Source: Eledone cirrhosa (Eukaryota). From it: DNA of 64,000 bases. Each line of letters opens with the position of its first letter. Position 1 is the stretch's first letter. Positions 14,790 to 29,089 of this stretch are shown here, one piece after another. Under the pieces are notes generated by a model. That model made no database searches. It was not told the DNA's origin and saw nothing but the letters and a program-made list of their open reading frames with translations. A program made the translations under genes and the position numbers. The stretch is from NCBI GenBank assembly GCA_964016885.1, contig OZ024744.1, forward strand, positions 77,190,001 through 77,254,000. Direction: 5' to 3'.

Positions 14790-15050
14790 GGACACATGTA
14801 CGTGTGACCATGAATGCAACAAACCTGACATGGTATATGAAGCAGAAGTCACCTCGACTCAACCGAACCATAAGCAGGACTTCAAGACATATGTTGGAAT
14901 GTCGGAGGGTCACTTTAAAGGTCGTTTCCTTAACCATGAAACAACCTTTAGGCACTCAAACAAGAGATTTACCACAAAACTTGCAAGTCGCGCGTAGACC
15001 CTCAAAGATAGCGGCGTTTCTAGCAGATTTCTTATAGAGAATGATAGAAA
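14790..15050 (+). mobile_element. PLE GIY-YIG endonuclease fragment (same clade as PLE #1-3)
   Basis: DMVYEAEVT..KTYVGMSEGHFKGRFLNHETTFRH..TTKLAS. Confidence 0.8.
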
Positions 15051-15233
15051 GGAAGTGAAAAAGATATATAGAGGAAGAATTGACCCTAGTATTAGACTGG
15101 TATTTTTTTATCGACCTCGAAAGGATGAAAGGCAAAATTTAACCCGGCAGGATTTGAACTGAGGGAGCAGAGAGCTATCCGACATTCTAACGACTCTGTC
15201 AATTCGCTGCCTGCATATACATACATACATACA

Positions 15234-15341
<108 letters not shown>

Positions 15342-15347
15342 TATATA

Positions 15348-15482
15348 ACGAATGAGGTGTGGTAAGGAACCAGATGGACCATAACGCACTACAGTACTCA
15401 ATACCACGCTAAAAATTCTAATTTAGTCCAGAAATAGCCATCGAAACGGCTTGAGCTCAGCCGTCGTGGTTAAACATTTTCG
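15348..15482. repeat. Family F element, copy 2 (two oppositely oriented pieces)
   Basis: 15348-15404 and 15423-15482 match the family in opposite orientations; flanked by (TA)n. Confidence 0.8.
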
Positions 15483-15631
<149 letters not shown>

Positions 15632-16060
15632 GTGTGTGCGTGCGTGTGTGTGTGTTGGATATCCGTTGTTTCAAACGATGGGTGCTTATGTTGATTAAAA
15701 GAACGGAATAGATTGCGTATTTGTCAGATGAGTGAACTAAAGCAACGTAAAATAAAGTGTCTTGCTCAAGGACACAACACACCGGCACGAATCCATATCA
15801 CAACCTTACGATCATCGTTTGCTGAACAACCAAACCTTCACCAGTGTTGGAAAATTGTGCTAAAGACTGAAATCGATGGGGATATATAAACCTACAGTCA
15901 GTAGACACCTCTTAATCAAATATACACCTCCATCCAACTACCCAACTCCTCCACCCCCACACCCATCTACACCACCCCTTTCTCTGTAAAGTTATGTTGG
16001 TACCACAACATCCAGTCCAAAATAAATTAAGTCGTGTAGGTGTCACGACAACAAAACACA

Positions 16061-16734
16061 CAGTCCACGCTGTAATGTGGCCGTGTAGGTAACACGGTAA
16101 AAACCTCCCAGTCCACACTGTAAATGTGGTTGGTGTTAGGAACAGCATCCAGCTGTAGAAAACCTGCCAGACAGTCCACGCTGTAATGTGGCCATGTAGG
16201 TAACACGGTAAAAACCTCCCAGTCCACACTGTAAACGTGGTTGGTGTTAGGAAGGGCATCCAGCCGTAGAAAACCCGCCAGACAGTCCACGCTGTAATGT
16301 GGCCGTGTAGGCAACATGGTAAAAACCTCCCAGTCCACACTGTAAACGTGGTTGGTGTTAGGAAGGGCATCCAACTGTAGAAAACCTGCCAGACAGTCCA
16401 CGCTGTAATGTGGCCGTGTAGGCAACACGGTAAAAACCTCCCAGCCCCACACTGTAAATGTGGTTGGTGTTAGGAAGGGCATCCAACTGTAGAAAACCCG
16501 CCAGACAGTCCACGCTGTAATGTGGCCGTGTAGGCAACACGGTAAAAACCTCCCAGCCCCACACTGTAAATGTGGTTGGTGTTAGGAAGGGCATCCAGCC
16601 GTAGAAAACCCGCCAGACAGTCCACGCTGTAATGTGGCCGTGTAGGTAACATGGTAAAAACCTCCCAGTCCACACTGTAAACGTGGTTGGTGTTAGGAAG
16701 GGCATCCAGCCGTAGAAAACCTGCCAGACAGTCC
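16061..16734 (+). repeat. Minisatellite, 6 x 111-112 bp, running into a SINE/RTE-type 3' end with a (GAT)n tail at ~16830
   Basis: Units start at 16061, 16172, 16283, 16394, 16506 and 16618; each contains AGGAAGGGCATCCAGCCGTAGAAAACC. Confidence 0.95.
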
Positions 16735-16939
16735 TATACGAGCGAGACAACCAATCTTGCCTCAAGTGGGACAATTACCGTCTAAACCCATGCTAGCGTG
16801 GAAGATAGGCGTTAAACGATGATGATGATGAAAGTCTGAACTCAGAAGACTTGTTAGACCGGTACTTATCTAGGTTTCGTGGTGCGAAGCCACTGAGAGT
16901 ACTTGGCTCCTCAATGGACAGGCCGCATGCATTCCTTTG

Positions 16940-19166
16940 CAAGCACACCTGCGGCCCACACAAAGGTTTTTTACAGCGAGCATGTTTTATCTTCGTAATA
17001 TAAAATAAAATAAATTTCGATACGATTGTTTTTTGTTTTTTTTTTGTTTTTGTTTTTTTTTTGTGATTTTTATCAACTACCTTTAACTTCCGACGAACCA
17101 CGCGCAGCTCATTAACAGTTGTAAAGAGAAAACTTTCTTTCGAAATTTCAAAAGTTTTTGCTTTTAAAATGGCTAGTGCTCCTCCGGCTAAGAGAAAAAG
17201 GAAATTGAACGAAGAAGGGCAAGTGTTTCAAGAAAAGTGGGAATTACAGTATTTTTGCACAACGGTGAACGGAAAGATACACTGTTTAATTTGCAGCAAC
17301 TGCATCGCCACGCCAAAAGAGTACAATTTAAATGGCATTATGAAACGAACCATCGAACTAAAGATAATTATGAAGACCCAATACATGTTACAAGACTCAA
17401 GGAATTGAAGGCTAACTTGACACAGCAACAGACCTGTTTTATGTAAATTCAGGAAGAGAATGTCGCTTCCATTACTGCAAGCTATGAACACAACCGAATG
17501 ATCGACATGAGTGGGAACTCTTACAGTGAAGGAGATTTTGTAAAGTAATGCCTTGTAAAAACAGGTGAAATTGTATGTCCAGAGAAAGTTATTCAAAGAC
17601 ATTTCATTAATCAAGAACACTGTTGCTGAACGGATTGATGGAATGTCAGGTGATCTGAAACAACAGTTGAAGACTGTATCATCAAGGTTTGAACATGTTT
17701 CTATTGCTATTGATGAGACCGTTGACATCACGGGAATAGCATTTTAAAATTGCATCATGTGCTTAGCTTGGTCACAAAGACAGTGAACTATATCAGAGGC
17801 CATGCTCTCAACCACCGTCAGTTCAGCCTGTTGTTGGAAGATATGGATAATCAGTTCACCAATGTTCCATTCTACACAGAAGTCCGCTGATTGTCATGTC
17901 ACAAAGTGCTGAAAAGATTTTATTTGTTGAGACAAGAAATAATTATGTTTTTGGAGACGAAAGGTCAAAACACAGATGAAATAAAAGATGAAAGTAGGCT
18001 CCAAGATCTGGCTTTTGCTGTGGATATTACTGCACAATTAACTGATCTTAATTTGAAATTACAAGGTAAAAACAATCTCATCACTCATTTATATGATGAC
18101 ATCAAGTGCTTCATTACAAAACTAAGATTATGGAAGTCACAGTTGTCAAATGAAAATTTAGTTCATTTTCCTACGAGCAAAGAGCTGAAAAACACTGCCA
18201 ATACTGAATCTGTACTTTGCTCAGTATGACAGTCACCTTGAATTGTTGTCAAAGAAATTTCAGGAAAGATTTTGTGATTTCTCATCTTTTGAACATCAAC
18301 TTGCTTGGTGGATTGGCAGTATCGGTAGAGAGTCAGACAACATGCTTTGCAGCATAGATTTACGGCCCTTTACGGTCTGAGTTCAAATCCCGCTGAGGTT
18401 AACTTTGCCTTTCATCCTTACGGGGTCGATAAAATAAAGAACCAGTAACGTACTGGGGTCGATTTAATCGACTGTCTCCTCCCTCCAAATTACTGGCCTT
18501 GTGCCTATACTAGAAATCATTATTCTCAGTACCATTCACTTTTGATATTGCCAAGGCAGAAGAAATCCTGCAGATGGGACTATTGTAAATACAGTCAGAT
18601 TCTACACTCACAGCAAAGTATCTTGAAGTGGGGATACCTGGTTTCTTCTCATACGTTCCTCAAAAGTTTAAAAACTTCAGAAAGTTTGCCACAAAGATTA
18701 TGGCAATGTTTGGTTCTACCTATGTGTGCGAACAGTTATTTTCCTTCATGAAATTAACAAAAACGTCTCAGAGAACAAGGGTGACTGATCAACACTTATC
18801 ATCTCTGATCAAAGCCTCAGGACAAAACATTAAAAATCGTTGAATAGTAGCAAATAAATGTTCAGTTTTGAACTGTTGTAATTTTCGTACAATATATTTG
18901 TTGCTGTTGCTAACTGCAAGCATATGTTGCCATTTAAAATTTTAGATTTTTGTCAAACCACTTCATTTCTTTGTATTCATGAATGCTGCTAAAACATTTG
19001 TATGTACATTGTATGTTTCTAAATTTAAGTAACAAACTTTCCTGCAATAAATTTTATTAAATGACTTTAATTAGTTGTAATGTGCACAATTAGTTGTGTG
19101 CGGCACTCAGACAACACATATGTGACCCATGCGGCCCTTGGGGAGACCCTCAGTTTGACATGCCTG
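16940..19166 (+). mobile_element. Decayed hAT (Charlie/SPIN, GTF2IRD2-like) DNA transposon; transposase pseudogene ~17169-18843
   Basis: KRK..FQEKW..CLIC..KEYNL, SIAIDETVDI, VLKRF, DLAFAVDIT..LNLKLQGK, MFGSTYVCEQLFSFMK. Right TIR GTTTGACATGCCTG ends at 19166; left TIR not found. Confidence 0.92.
18307..18523 (+). mobile_element. Full-length tRNA-derived SINE family A inserted in the hAT transposase
   Basis: A-box-like TGGCAGTATCGG, B-box GAGTTCAAATCC and the family body; it interrupts the transposase reading frame. Confidence 0.9.
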
Positions 19167-20088
19167 ATTTAACATATGTACTTTTCTTTTTTATTTTGCA
19201 AGTTTGATTTCTTCATATTGCATTTTCTTTGTGAAATTGTTTTGGATTATTTGACATCAGACTAAAGCATGTCTCGGCAGTCTGGTGTTTATCCCGGTTT
19301 CCGTGGAGTGAAGCGACTGAAAGTAAGTACAAGATTCTTCACTTGGACAGGACACCGCCCATCGCAGGGTCAAGCACCTAGGTATTGCTGCTGGTACTAA
19401 TTTTCAGCTTAGTATACTGGAGTAACGTGAAATGAAGTGTTTTGCTCAAGATAATTTAAGTGGTATATTTAATCCGTGAAACGATTTAACAACACCATTA
19501 CCTGGCCCTTGGGTACTTTTAGCGATGTCCATTCTGTTTCCGGTTTAGGGATAACTTCTTTTTTTTTTATCCCTGCTACCAGTTTCGGAATTATAGAAAA
19601 GGGTGTCATGGAAACTAATCAGTAAAAAAAGATAGTAATAATAAAATAAAAAATAAAGAGAGAACGCGTGAGAAAGAAAAAAAAAAAGAATACATTCCCG
19701 CATTCTTATGCATGGTAGCGTAACAAAATATCAATAGACATTCTTTATTATTTCTAAATTGCATTACTATCATAAATTGTATTCATTTTAGTCTTGACAA
19801 AAAAAAAAAAGAAGAAATCTATAAAAATATGTACCAGACATGAAACAAAACGAGCCTAATGACTGAAACGGCGACCAAGTCAACCTTCACCTCCATGTTA
19901 TCGTCCCCGAGTAAAGCTTTTGTTATAATTCTTTGTTAATGTGGTTCTGTGTATAATATGAAAAAAAGAAAAAGAAATATGTTTATAAACGATAATGATA
20001 AACATATACATACATTCATTTACACATACATATATGTCATAACTGAACGTCGTGTATTTACCGACCATCTAGCATGATGTGGCATGAA

Positions 20089-20132
<44 letters not shown>

Positions 20133-20290
20133 AGGAAGGAAATGACTGAAACCAGTTAAAGTGTTAGAGAATGTCATTGAAATTTGAATTTGAATTAGAT
20201 AATAGACATTAAAGAATGTTCTATTCAAAACACGACGTGGCCAACTTTTCCTGTCATCCTTTCGAAATCGATAAATAAAAGTAGCAGTTC

Positions 20291-20344
<54 letters not shown>

Positions 20345-20555
20345 TATTTAATATAGAAATGGCTTCTACAGGACGAGAGCTGTTTCATTCGAAGGAAATC
20401 ATCTTTATCCTCTGTTATTTATTGAGTACCTTATCTATTGTGGTTACCCCCCGATTGAACCCGGGACACGGACACGGACACACACACACTCACACACACA
20501 TATATATATATATATACATACATACATAAGTGCGATGTGCGCGTGTGAGTGAGTA

Positions 20556-20597
<42 letters not shown>

Positions 20598-20857
20598 ACA
20601 AGATGGTGTAAAACAGAACGAAGAGGAGACAGAAAGTAGCAGAAGTAGTGACTGAAGAGGTCACAGTATGTGTGATGAAAGGGCTTTGACAATCAACGAC
20701 TAAACAACCAATCGGTTATTAAACGGGAAATTATTATAATAAATGGAAGTCAAATTCACTGGTGAGTCTGTTTTTATTGGTAGCATGACCATCCCTAATC
20801 TGTTTTAACACGTGTTTTCACATTAAAAAAATCTTGCAAAACAAATACAAAAACGAA

Positions 20858-20891
<34 letters not shown>

Positions 20892-21131
20892 GCTTTGATT
20901 TATTATATAGAAACTACTTAATACGAGAGCTGCAGCTGGATAACATCTGTCTTCCCCATTGGATGGCTAATAAGGTCCAGTTGCGTAAGCCATGTCTGGG
21001 AGAATGGGTGGTCCATGTATGATTTGACGAATTTAGAGTTTGTTTGGTAGAAGTCCTGGGTACAGATTAGGGTTCAGTTTAGGGTTCAATTTAGGGTACT
21101 TACTGAGGGTGAGTTAGACTAATAACGGTTT

Positions 21132-21188
<57 letters not shown>

Positions 21189-21354
21189 AGAAATCCCCTG
21201 ACTTCCATACGGGCCTATATATTGATGACTGTCTGATACTATCAAGCCATAAATGTGGCCATGACCTTGATATATTATTGGGGTGGTGCTTCTCAACGTC
21301 AATATTGGTGCTTCCCACATCAATATTCACTTACTACTATGTTTGGTAGAAGAC

Positions 21355-21562
21355 TAAATAACACGCGTACCTTTAACGTAGTTCTCAGGGAGATTCAGCG
21401 TGAGACAGAATGTGACAAGGCTGGCCCTTCGAATTACAGGTACAACTCAGTTTTGCCAGTTGAATGGACTGGAGCAACGTGAAATAAAGTGTCTTGCTCA
21501 AGGCCACAGTGCGCCGCCGGGAATCGAACTCACAACCTTACAATCCTCAGATGAATACCCTA
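21355..21562 (-). mobile_element. tRNA-derived SINE family B (CORE-like middle)
   Basis: Minus strand has GAGTTCGATTCC followed by CCTTGAGCAAGACACTTTATTTCACGTTGCTCCAG. Other partial copies lie near 15720, 19270, 59120 and 62820. Confidence 0.75.
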
Positions 21563-21685
21563 AATAGTTTAATAATTAGTTATATTAACGGGCCCTCCAA
21601 ATTTATTGGAAAATCATAAGCAGTCTTTCGTTAGCAATATAATAAGAAATGGGTTAAAGAAGATTTTCCATAGACACAGGCACTA

Positions 21686-21908
21686 AAAAGGATCGATCGA
21701 CTTTCGTCAAATTGGACACCGAGGAAACAATGTTTCCGTTGGTCTTTCCAGTTGCTAAGTACTATCTATCGGTCGCAACTCCAGGTAGAAGGAGCAACGT
21801 GAAATAAAGTGTCTTGCTCAAGGACATAACGCATCGCCCGGTCCAGGAATCTAACTCACAACCTCACGATTGTAAATCCAATTCTCTAACCACTAAGCCA
21901 CACGCCTT
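21686..21908 (-). mobile_element. SINE family B variant with a distinct 3' domain ending in a T-run
   Basis: Second copy at 59946-60146. Confidence 0.75.
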
Positions 21909-22959
21909 CACAGACACTAATTAATGATATAAAATTAAGTAATCCATCCTAAGTAAATTATATTATTCATACAGTGCATGATAAATGAGGAGTGTGCAAT
22001 ACAATGAAAACCTGATGTGTTATGAAAAAATGGATGCCATATTTGAAGTCAACACCTCAACATTTGGTAAAAAATGCGTTGACTAGTCTAATTATTGTTG
22101 ATATAGAAGCTTCTGGTGTTAATCAAAAGTTTACAGATTTCATTCCAAATGTTAATGGCAGAATCTGTAGACCGTTGGATAAAATACTGTTGTGGTATTT
22201 GTTCTGGCTCTTAACATTCTGAGTTCAAATTTCACTAAAGTTAACGTTACCTTTCATGTACTCGGGGTCGAGAAAATAAGTAACAGTCAAGTATTGAAGT
22301 TGATTGAATCAACTTTGCCTTAGCCCAAAACCTTACTGGCCTTGTACCAAAATTAGAAATCAATATTGATGCCTGTTAGAGTCGTTAGAACGTTGGATAG
22401 AATGCTTTGTCGTATTTATTTCGGCTCTCTGCTCACTCAGTTCAAATCTCGCCGAGGTCAACTTTGCCTTTCATCCATTCGAGATCGATAAAAAAAAAGT
22501 ACCAGTCTACTACTGGGATCAATTCTTCCGTTTTATCTCTTTCTCACTTCCATTCTCCCAGTCCTTTCTCTGAGATGACCGGAACAAGTAAACATTAAAC
22601 AATCTTTTAAATAAATTAAAATACGATTTAAATATTTACCTATCCAAAATGCTTTTACCGACGGTTTTGCCTCACAAAAGATTGGAAAACCAAAGGACTT
22701 CCAATGGGAAGATCGGCTCTTCAGAAAGCTATTTGCATTCTACGTAAAGTCTCACAGTTTGTAAATATATCGCCTACTGCCAGCTAGCGCAAGATCAGGT
22801 CGTTAAAATGACCCACACATAAACTGGTCGTTAGTGAAAGCGGGAATATTATAGACATATTGTTTGCCACGCTACTTATTCATTATATCAAGGCTAAATA
22901 TATATATATATTTGTGTGTGTGTGTGTGCGGGCGCGCGCGCGCGGCGTGTGTGTGTTTG

Positions 22960-23120
22960 TAATACGCAAACAAAAATAACAAAACAAATGACACAGTACA
23001 TGAAAGAAATTAATTTAACGCTTGAAATAGCAGGAAGGTAGTCTTAACGTTTCGGACACTTGTCCTTCGTCAGAAGATAGAGTTAGAAATAGAAGATAAA
23101 TAGTCAGCCATCTTGGAGAG
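22960..23120 (-). mobile_element. Family H element, copy 3
   Basis: Homologous to copies 1 and 2 and bounded by microsatellites on both sides. Confidence 0.75.
23042..23077 (-). ncRNA. Minimal hammerhead ribozyme with intact core
   Basis: TCTT-CTGACGA-A-GGAC AAGT GTCC-GAAA-CGTT-AAGA. Confidence 0.85.
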
Positions 23121-23652
23121 TATATATATATATGTATATATATATGTATATATATATATGTATATATATATGTATATATATATATATGTATATATATATA
23201 TGAATATTAACGCGCTCCAAATTGTTGAGCTAATAAATTCGAATGGTTGGGCTGCTCTCTCTAGCATTTTCCCCAATTCATGAGAGCCGTTATTTGATGC
23301 AAATAACACGTGTTTTCGCCCTGCTCTGGGCAGCGTGTATATTTGCGTTCTCTCTTTCCATTAGGCTAGATGAGTGGCGGGCAATTCCACACTTGCTGAC
23401 TGAGGAACCTGTGATTTTGTACGCTACACACTTCAGTGGCGAAACGAAATAGATTCGTATCAGCAAACTTATAGTTATAAGGTTGGTAATTTAAAACTCT
23501 ACTTCGGAGATTTGATTCTGACTTAGGGTTCTTTCTATTTAATTGCTAACCTGTAGGTGTTGTTTTCCATACAGTAACGGTTAAACCCACATGTAATAAT
23601 TCTTTACACACATCTCACTGTGTAACACACTTCTCTCTGTGTAATATATTTG

Positions 23653-23749
<97 letters not shown>

Positions 23750-23997
23750 AACGTGCTGCGGAGTTGCTAATGGGTTACATATGAATAAAGTTAGTCCTTC
23801 ATCAGTGATCTTCCAACCATCATTGGTATTTCATCGCTTTAAAGACCATATACCTCCGGTTGGTGCGAGCAACGGCTAAAAAAAGTCGTTGGGACACGTA
23901 AATAAAGGGGACACGAGTGTAAACAAACAAAAATGGTGAAGCAACGAAAAGTGAGGAAGAAGGAGTCAAGTCCCAAATTTCTATGAATTTAAATTCG

Positions 23998-24073
<76 letters not shown>

Positions 24074-24211
24074 TGTGTGTGTATGCGTGCGTGCTCGCGC
24101 GTACGTCTGTGTCGTTGTATGTGTGGAATGACAAATAATGCCCTGTAGCAGTCCAAGAAGCATGGTTTCTTTCTTTCTTCTCGTCATCAGTGAAATTGGT
24201 CCCTTTAAAAT

Positions 24212-24610
24212 AATTATTTCTACTTTAGGCACAAGGCCAGCAATTTGAAGGGAAGGGGAAAAGTCGATTAAATCGAACCAGTGCATTACAGGTACTTTAT
24301 TTTAACCGACCCCGTAATGATGAAAGGCAAAGTTAACTTCGGCTGGATATGAAATCACTACGTAAAGGGCCGTCATTCTATGCCATGAAGCATTTTGTCG
24401 ACGCTCTACCGATTCTGCCATTCCACCACGCGCTTTCTCGTCTGACTAAATTATATATAAAATCGACCCCAGTGTATCACTGGTACTTTATTTTATCGAC
24501 TCTCCAAGGATGAAAGACAAAGCTAACCTTGGCGGGATTTCAAATCAGAACGTAACTCTATGCTATGAAGCATTTTGTCCGACGCTCTACCGGTTCTGCC
24601 AATCCACCAC
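24212..24610 (-). mobile_element. Two tandem SINE family A copies
   Basis: 24212-24430 and 24460-24610 both match the family, and the flank CGCTTTCTCGTC.GACTA.ATTATATATAA is duplicated with them. Confidence 0.85.
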
Positions 24611-24846
24611 GCGCTTTCTCGTCAGACTAGATTATATATAAAGAAAGATACAAACAAAGAACAAACAACAACAACAAACAAAGACAACAACAAAAATAAC
24701 AAGTACAGATTGACGTCTTACAACAAAGCAACTGCGTTGTGAAATTGACGTTTCTGTTTTCAACAAACTTAATTGTATGACTGTATATACCTTTCAGAGT
24801 TCCTAAACCGGTTGTTAACCAGAATCTATTTCTACATACTATATAT

Positions 24847-24933
24847 ATATATTGGTAAACGGAAAAGAAAATGCTGACAAATTGTTCACTGTGAACAATT
24901 TGTCAGCATTTTCTTTTCCGTTTACCAATATAT
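24847..24933. repeat. Perfect palindrome, 43-bp arms, 1-nt centre (24890)
   Basis: Direct reading; starts at a (TA)n tract. Confidence 0.95.
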
Positions 24934-25049
24934 CATAACTTGTGTGTTACACCTCTATTCTTTTAAATACATATATATATACGAGTATATATATATGCGT
25001 GTGTGTGTGCGCACGTGTGTGTGTGACTGTGAGTATTTATATATAGAAT

Positions 25050-26048
25050 ATAGCACAATGGAAAGCGTCCAGCAGATAGCTAACTCCATACACCAGAGTA
25101 TAACTGTAACTGTTGACTACCCTTCCAAACACCCTAACAATAGACTACCTGTATTAGACACGGAACTCTGGACTAACACTATAGACGAGAGGGCCCAAAT
25201 TCTCCACTCACACTACGCTAAACTCATAGCCTCCAAATACCTGATACTCAAAAACTCAGCAATGTCCAGTAGTGCTAAGTTTAATATTCTGATCGCAGAC
25301 TTGGTACGTGTGATGAAGAACGTGTCCCGCATGTGCGACCCAACAGAAATGGAAAGACACATCTAACACTTCATCAATCACATGCAGTTCTCTGGCTACA
25401 ACCAAAGAGACAGAATCAGAGTATACAAAGGAGCCACGGAGAAGTACCCTAATAGAACTTGACATGAAAGTAATTTGCCCATTATACAGGAGCAAATCAT
25501 GGAATAGCTTAGATAGGACTAACCAGAGATACCAGAGTGTCATGTTCGTGGATGCTACCCCTGGGGGGAAATTAGCTAACCAATGTAGAAAGGCCCTAAG
25601 AAAGACCCACTTAAAGATTAAAGTGGTAGAAAAGCCAGGAACTACCATAAAATCCCTGATCAGCAAAACATACCCCTTTAAGAAAACCCACTGTACTAAT
25701 AAGAAATGTGTTATACGTAAAGTGAACCCCCAGATAAACTGTAAAACTAGAAATGTAGTCTATAGCATAAGATGTACAGAGGGTACTTGCAGAAACATGA
25801 CAACAACATACATAGGCGAGACAGCTCGAAACATAGGAGAAAGGATAGACCAACACTGGGGGGAATTAAAAGGACACAAAACGGGTTCAATACTATACGA
25901 ACACGCCAGACAACAACATGACGGTAATATAGACAACATAGAAATCAAAATAATATCTAAACATAGAAATGATCCAACAGGTAGACAAATCAGAGAAGCG
26001 AGCGAAATAGAGCTTAGAAAACCAAAGTTAAACAGAAAAAATGAATAG
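25050..26048 (+). mobile_element. PLE of a second clade (Nematis/Neptune-like), 3' RT/thumb + GIY-YIG, decayed
   Basis: VDYPSKH..LPVLDTELW, MFVDATPGG, IKVVEKPG, NVVYSIRC..C..YIGETAR..ERIDQH..H..H, RQIREA..LNRKNE. Confidence 0.88.
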
Positions 26049-26568
26049 AATAACAACAACACCCAAACAAACAATACTGACTTAAGAGAAATATAAATAA
26101 ATAAATATATACACAAGTGCAATAACAACAAACACATGTAAACACACACTAATAAACTAAGATAGAATACAATAACCAAAACACATACACCCAAACGCGA
26201 ACACACACGCCAAACATTATACACACACGCAAACGCATGCGCAGAGACGGAGACAAAAATAAATGAATGAATAAATAAATAAAATAAAAATGGCGTAAAC
26301 ACTACAATACAACACAATAGGAGGAAACATGATTATAGTATCACTGATCATGTTGCAGATGTGCAAAGAAAGAACTTTGTTAGACTATATATATAAATGT
26401 ATATCTGTATTTTTGACCGTTGGTCAGTCAATGATAAACATTGATTTCCAAATGAATTAACTGTGGAGATATAAAAGATACAGAAGCGAAAACCAACCGA
26501 ACAGTGAGTGTGTTCTGTTATTATTTCTGGCAATATTATTACAACAATATGACCCTTCCCAGTATAAC

Positions 26569-26987
<419 letters not shown>

Positions 26988-27031
26988 TTCAAAGCTACTC
27001 ACTGTTTCAAAACATACTTATATATATATAT

Positions 27032-27184
27032 AACGAAGGAAGTGTGGTAAGGAACCAGATGGACCATAGTATCAGAGTACTCAATACTTAGGATAGTAGA
27101 GTGGGTAATAGGAAAATGTTTAACTCCGACGGCAAAGCCGTCGAAACTGCTTGAGCTCTGCCGTCGGGGTTAAACATTTTCCTA
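27032..27184. repeat. Family F element, copy 3 (fold-back)
   Basis: Orientation switches at ~27135; flanked by (TA)n. Confidence 0.8.
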
Positions 27185-27245
27185 TATATATATATACATA
27201 TATATTTGTACTGTTGACCATGTTATTCTTCACTCGTTCACTATG

Positions 27246-27343
<98 letters not shown>

Positions 27344-27469
27344 TATAAACGTTTGAATATGTATAATAAAGCCAAAATAATGCAGGTATGGACATAGAAA
27401 AAAGAATGCAATTGCAAAAGATATTGTTGACAATTCGTCCTTTACCTTAGATTTATTTATATATTTATA

Positions 27470-27543
<74 letters not shown>

Positions 27544-27546
<3 letters not shown>

Positions 27547-27644
27547 GGTGTCCCAAAAAATATGTATACACACTTTGATTACCTGTACAGAACAATATTT
27601 ATTAGAATGCACAACCTTTATGTATACATTTTGGGGACACACTG
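27544..27644. mobile_element. Tc1/mariner-type MITE
   Basis: TA-CAGGGTGTCCC..GGGACACACTG-TA termini. A second, inverted and degenerate copy lies at 62170-62280. Confidence 0.8.
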
Positions 27645-27838
27645 TATACATGTGTGTGTGCGTGTATGTGTGTCTCTCTGTGTATGTGTGTATGTTTGTG
27701 TGTGTGCATGTGTGTATGTATGCATGTGTGTGTATCGGTGTGTGTATGTATGTGTGTTTGTGTTTGTATGTATGTGAGATTGTGTATGCATGTGTGTGTG
27801 TGTGTTTATGTGTGTTTATGTGTGTGGAAAATGTATGA

Positions 27839-27928
27839 CCCCGACGGCAGAGCTCAAGCTATTCTGGACTAAATAGTATTGAGTACTCTGGTGCGTTATG
27901 GTCCATCTGGTTCCTTACCACAACTCCT

Positions 27929-27973
<45 letters not shown>

Positions 27974-28165
27974 CGGAAGAAATGTGGTAAGGAACCAGGT
28001 GGACCATAACGCACCAAAGTACTCAATACTTAGGGTAGTAGAGTGGGTAATAGGAACAAGTAGGAGCTCGACGGCTGAGCTCAAGCCGTTTCGACGGCTA
28101 ATTCTGGACTGAATTAGCCCGTCGAAACGGCTTGAGCTCAGCCGTCGGGGTCCTACTCGTTCCTA
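27839..28165. repeat. Family F element, copy 4 (complex, four alternating segments around a (TA)n)
   Basis: Segments 27839-27872, 27876-27930, 27972-28112 and 28113-28165 alternate in orientation. Confidence 0.8.
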
Positions 28166-28179
28166 TATATATATATATA

Positions 28180-28356
28180 TATAAAGAAAAAGGGATGAAA
28201 TCGAAAATGCAACTGAAGTCTTATTTTTTTTTTAAATATATATATTTTTAAAAAAAATAAGACTTCAGTTGCATTTTCGATTTCATCCCTTTTTCTTTAT
28301 ACTTCCACTCGTGTAGGACACCTCGGTTATTTTTCATTTTGTAAAAAAAACCTCAC

Positions 28357-28365
<9 letters not shown>
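28180..28365 (+). repeat. Fold-back (arms 28180-28301) plus single-copy tail; same family as 63825-64000
   Basis: Near-perfect inverted arms. 28245-28365 is the reverse complement of 63825-63945. Confidence 0.9.
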
Positions 28366-28398
<33 letters not shown>

Positions 28399-28600
28399 AT
28401 TAAAGTATAGAAATTGTTGTGAGCCAACAGTATTTCATAACCTACAAACAAACATACAAACAAACATACAAACATTCATACATACATAAATACATACATA
28501 CATACATACATACATACATACAAACATATATCCATCCATCCATACATACGTACATAATACATACATACATACATCCATACATACATTCATACATACATAC

Positions 28601-28645
28601 ATGATGGCTGCCCCCTCGTTATCGAGTATGGCCATTGCACGAGAG
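28601..28645 (-). mobile_element. RTE-type 3' terminal stem-loop followed by an (ATGT)n tail
   Basis: Minus strand TGGCCATA-CTCG ATAA CGAG-GGGGCAGCCATC then (ATGT)n; lies downstream of the RTE ORF. Confidence 0.55.
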
Positions 28646-28717
28646 AAACAAATATATATATAAATAAATAAATAAAATAAAAATAAAAATATTAATAGAT
28701 AAATTTAAAAAAAAAAG

Positions 28718-28847
<130 letters not shown>

Positions 28848-28870
28848 GTGTGTGTATATATGTATATGGA

Positions 28871-28925
<55 letters not shown>

Positions 28926-29089
28926 ATATACATATATACACACACATATATATACACACACACATATACATTAATAACAATAATAATAATAATAATAACA
29001 ACAATAATAATATACATTTACATATATATATGCACACACACGCGCACACAAACATATCTACACACACACCACACACACACACACACACA

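Noticed and set aside
15912-16774. Repeat-protein ORFs or CRISPR-like array
   Set aside because: The ORFs arise from a 111-bp unit (a multiple of 3). There are no unique spacers or cas genes, and the context is eukaryotic.
18307-18400. tRNA genes
   Set aside because: The A/B boxes belong to SINE heads; there is no full cloverleaf and they are always followed by the SINE body.
17169-18843. Domesticated GTF2IRD2-like host gene
   Set aside because: Multiple stops, frameshifts, internal deletions, a SINE insertion and a retained TIR indicate a dead hAT copy.
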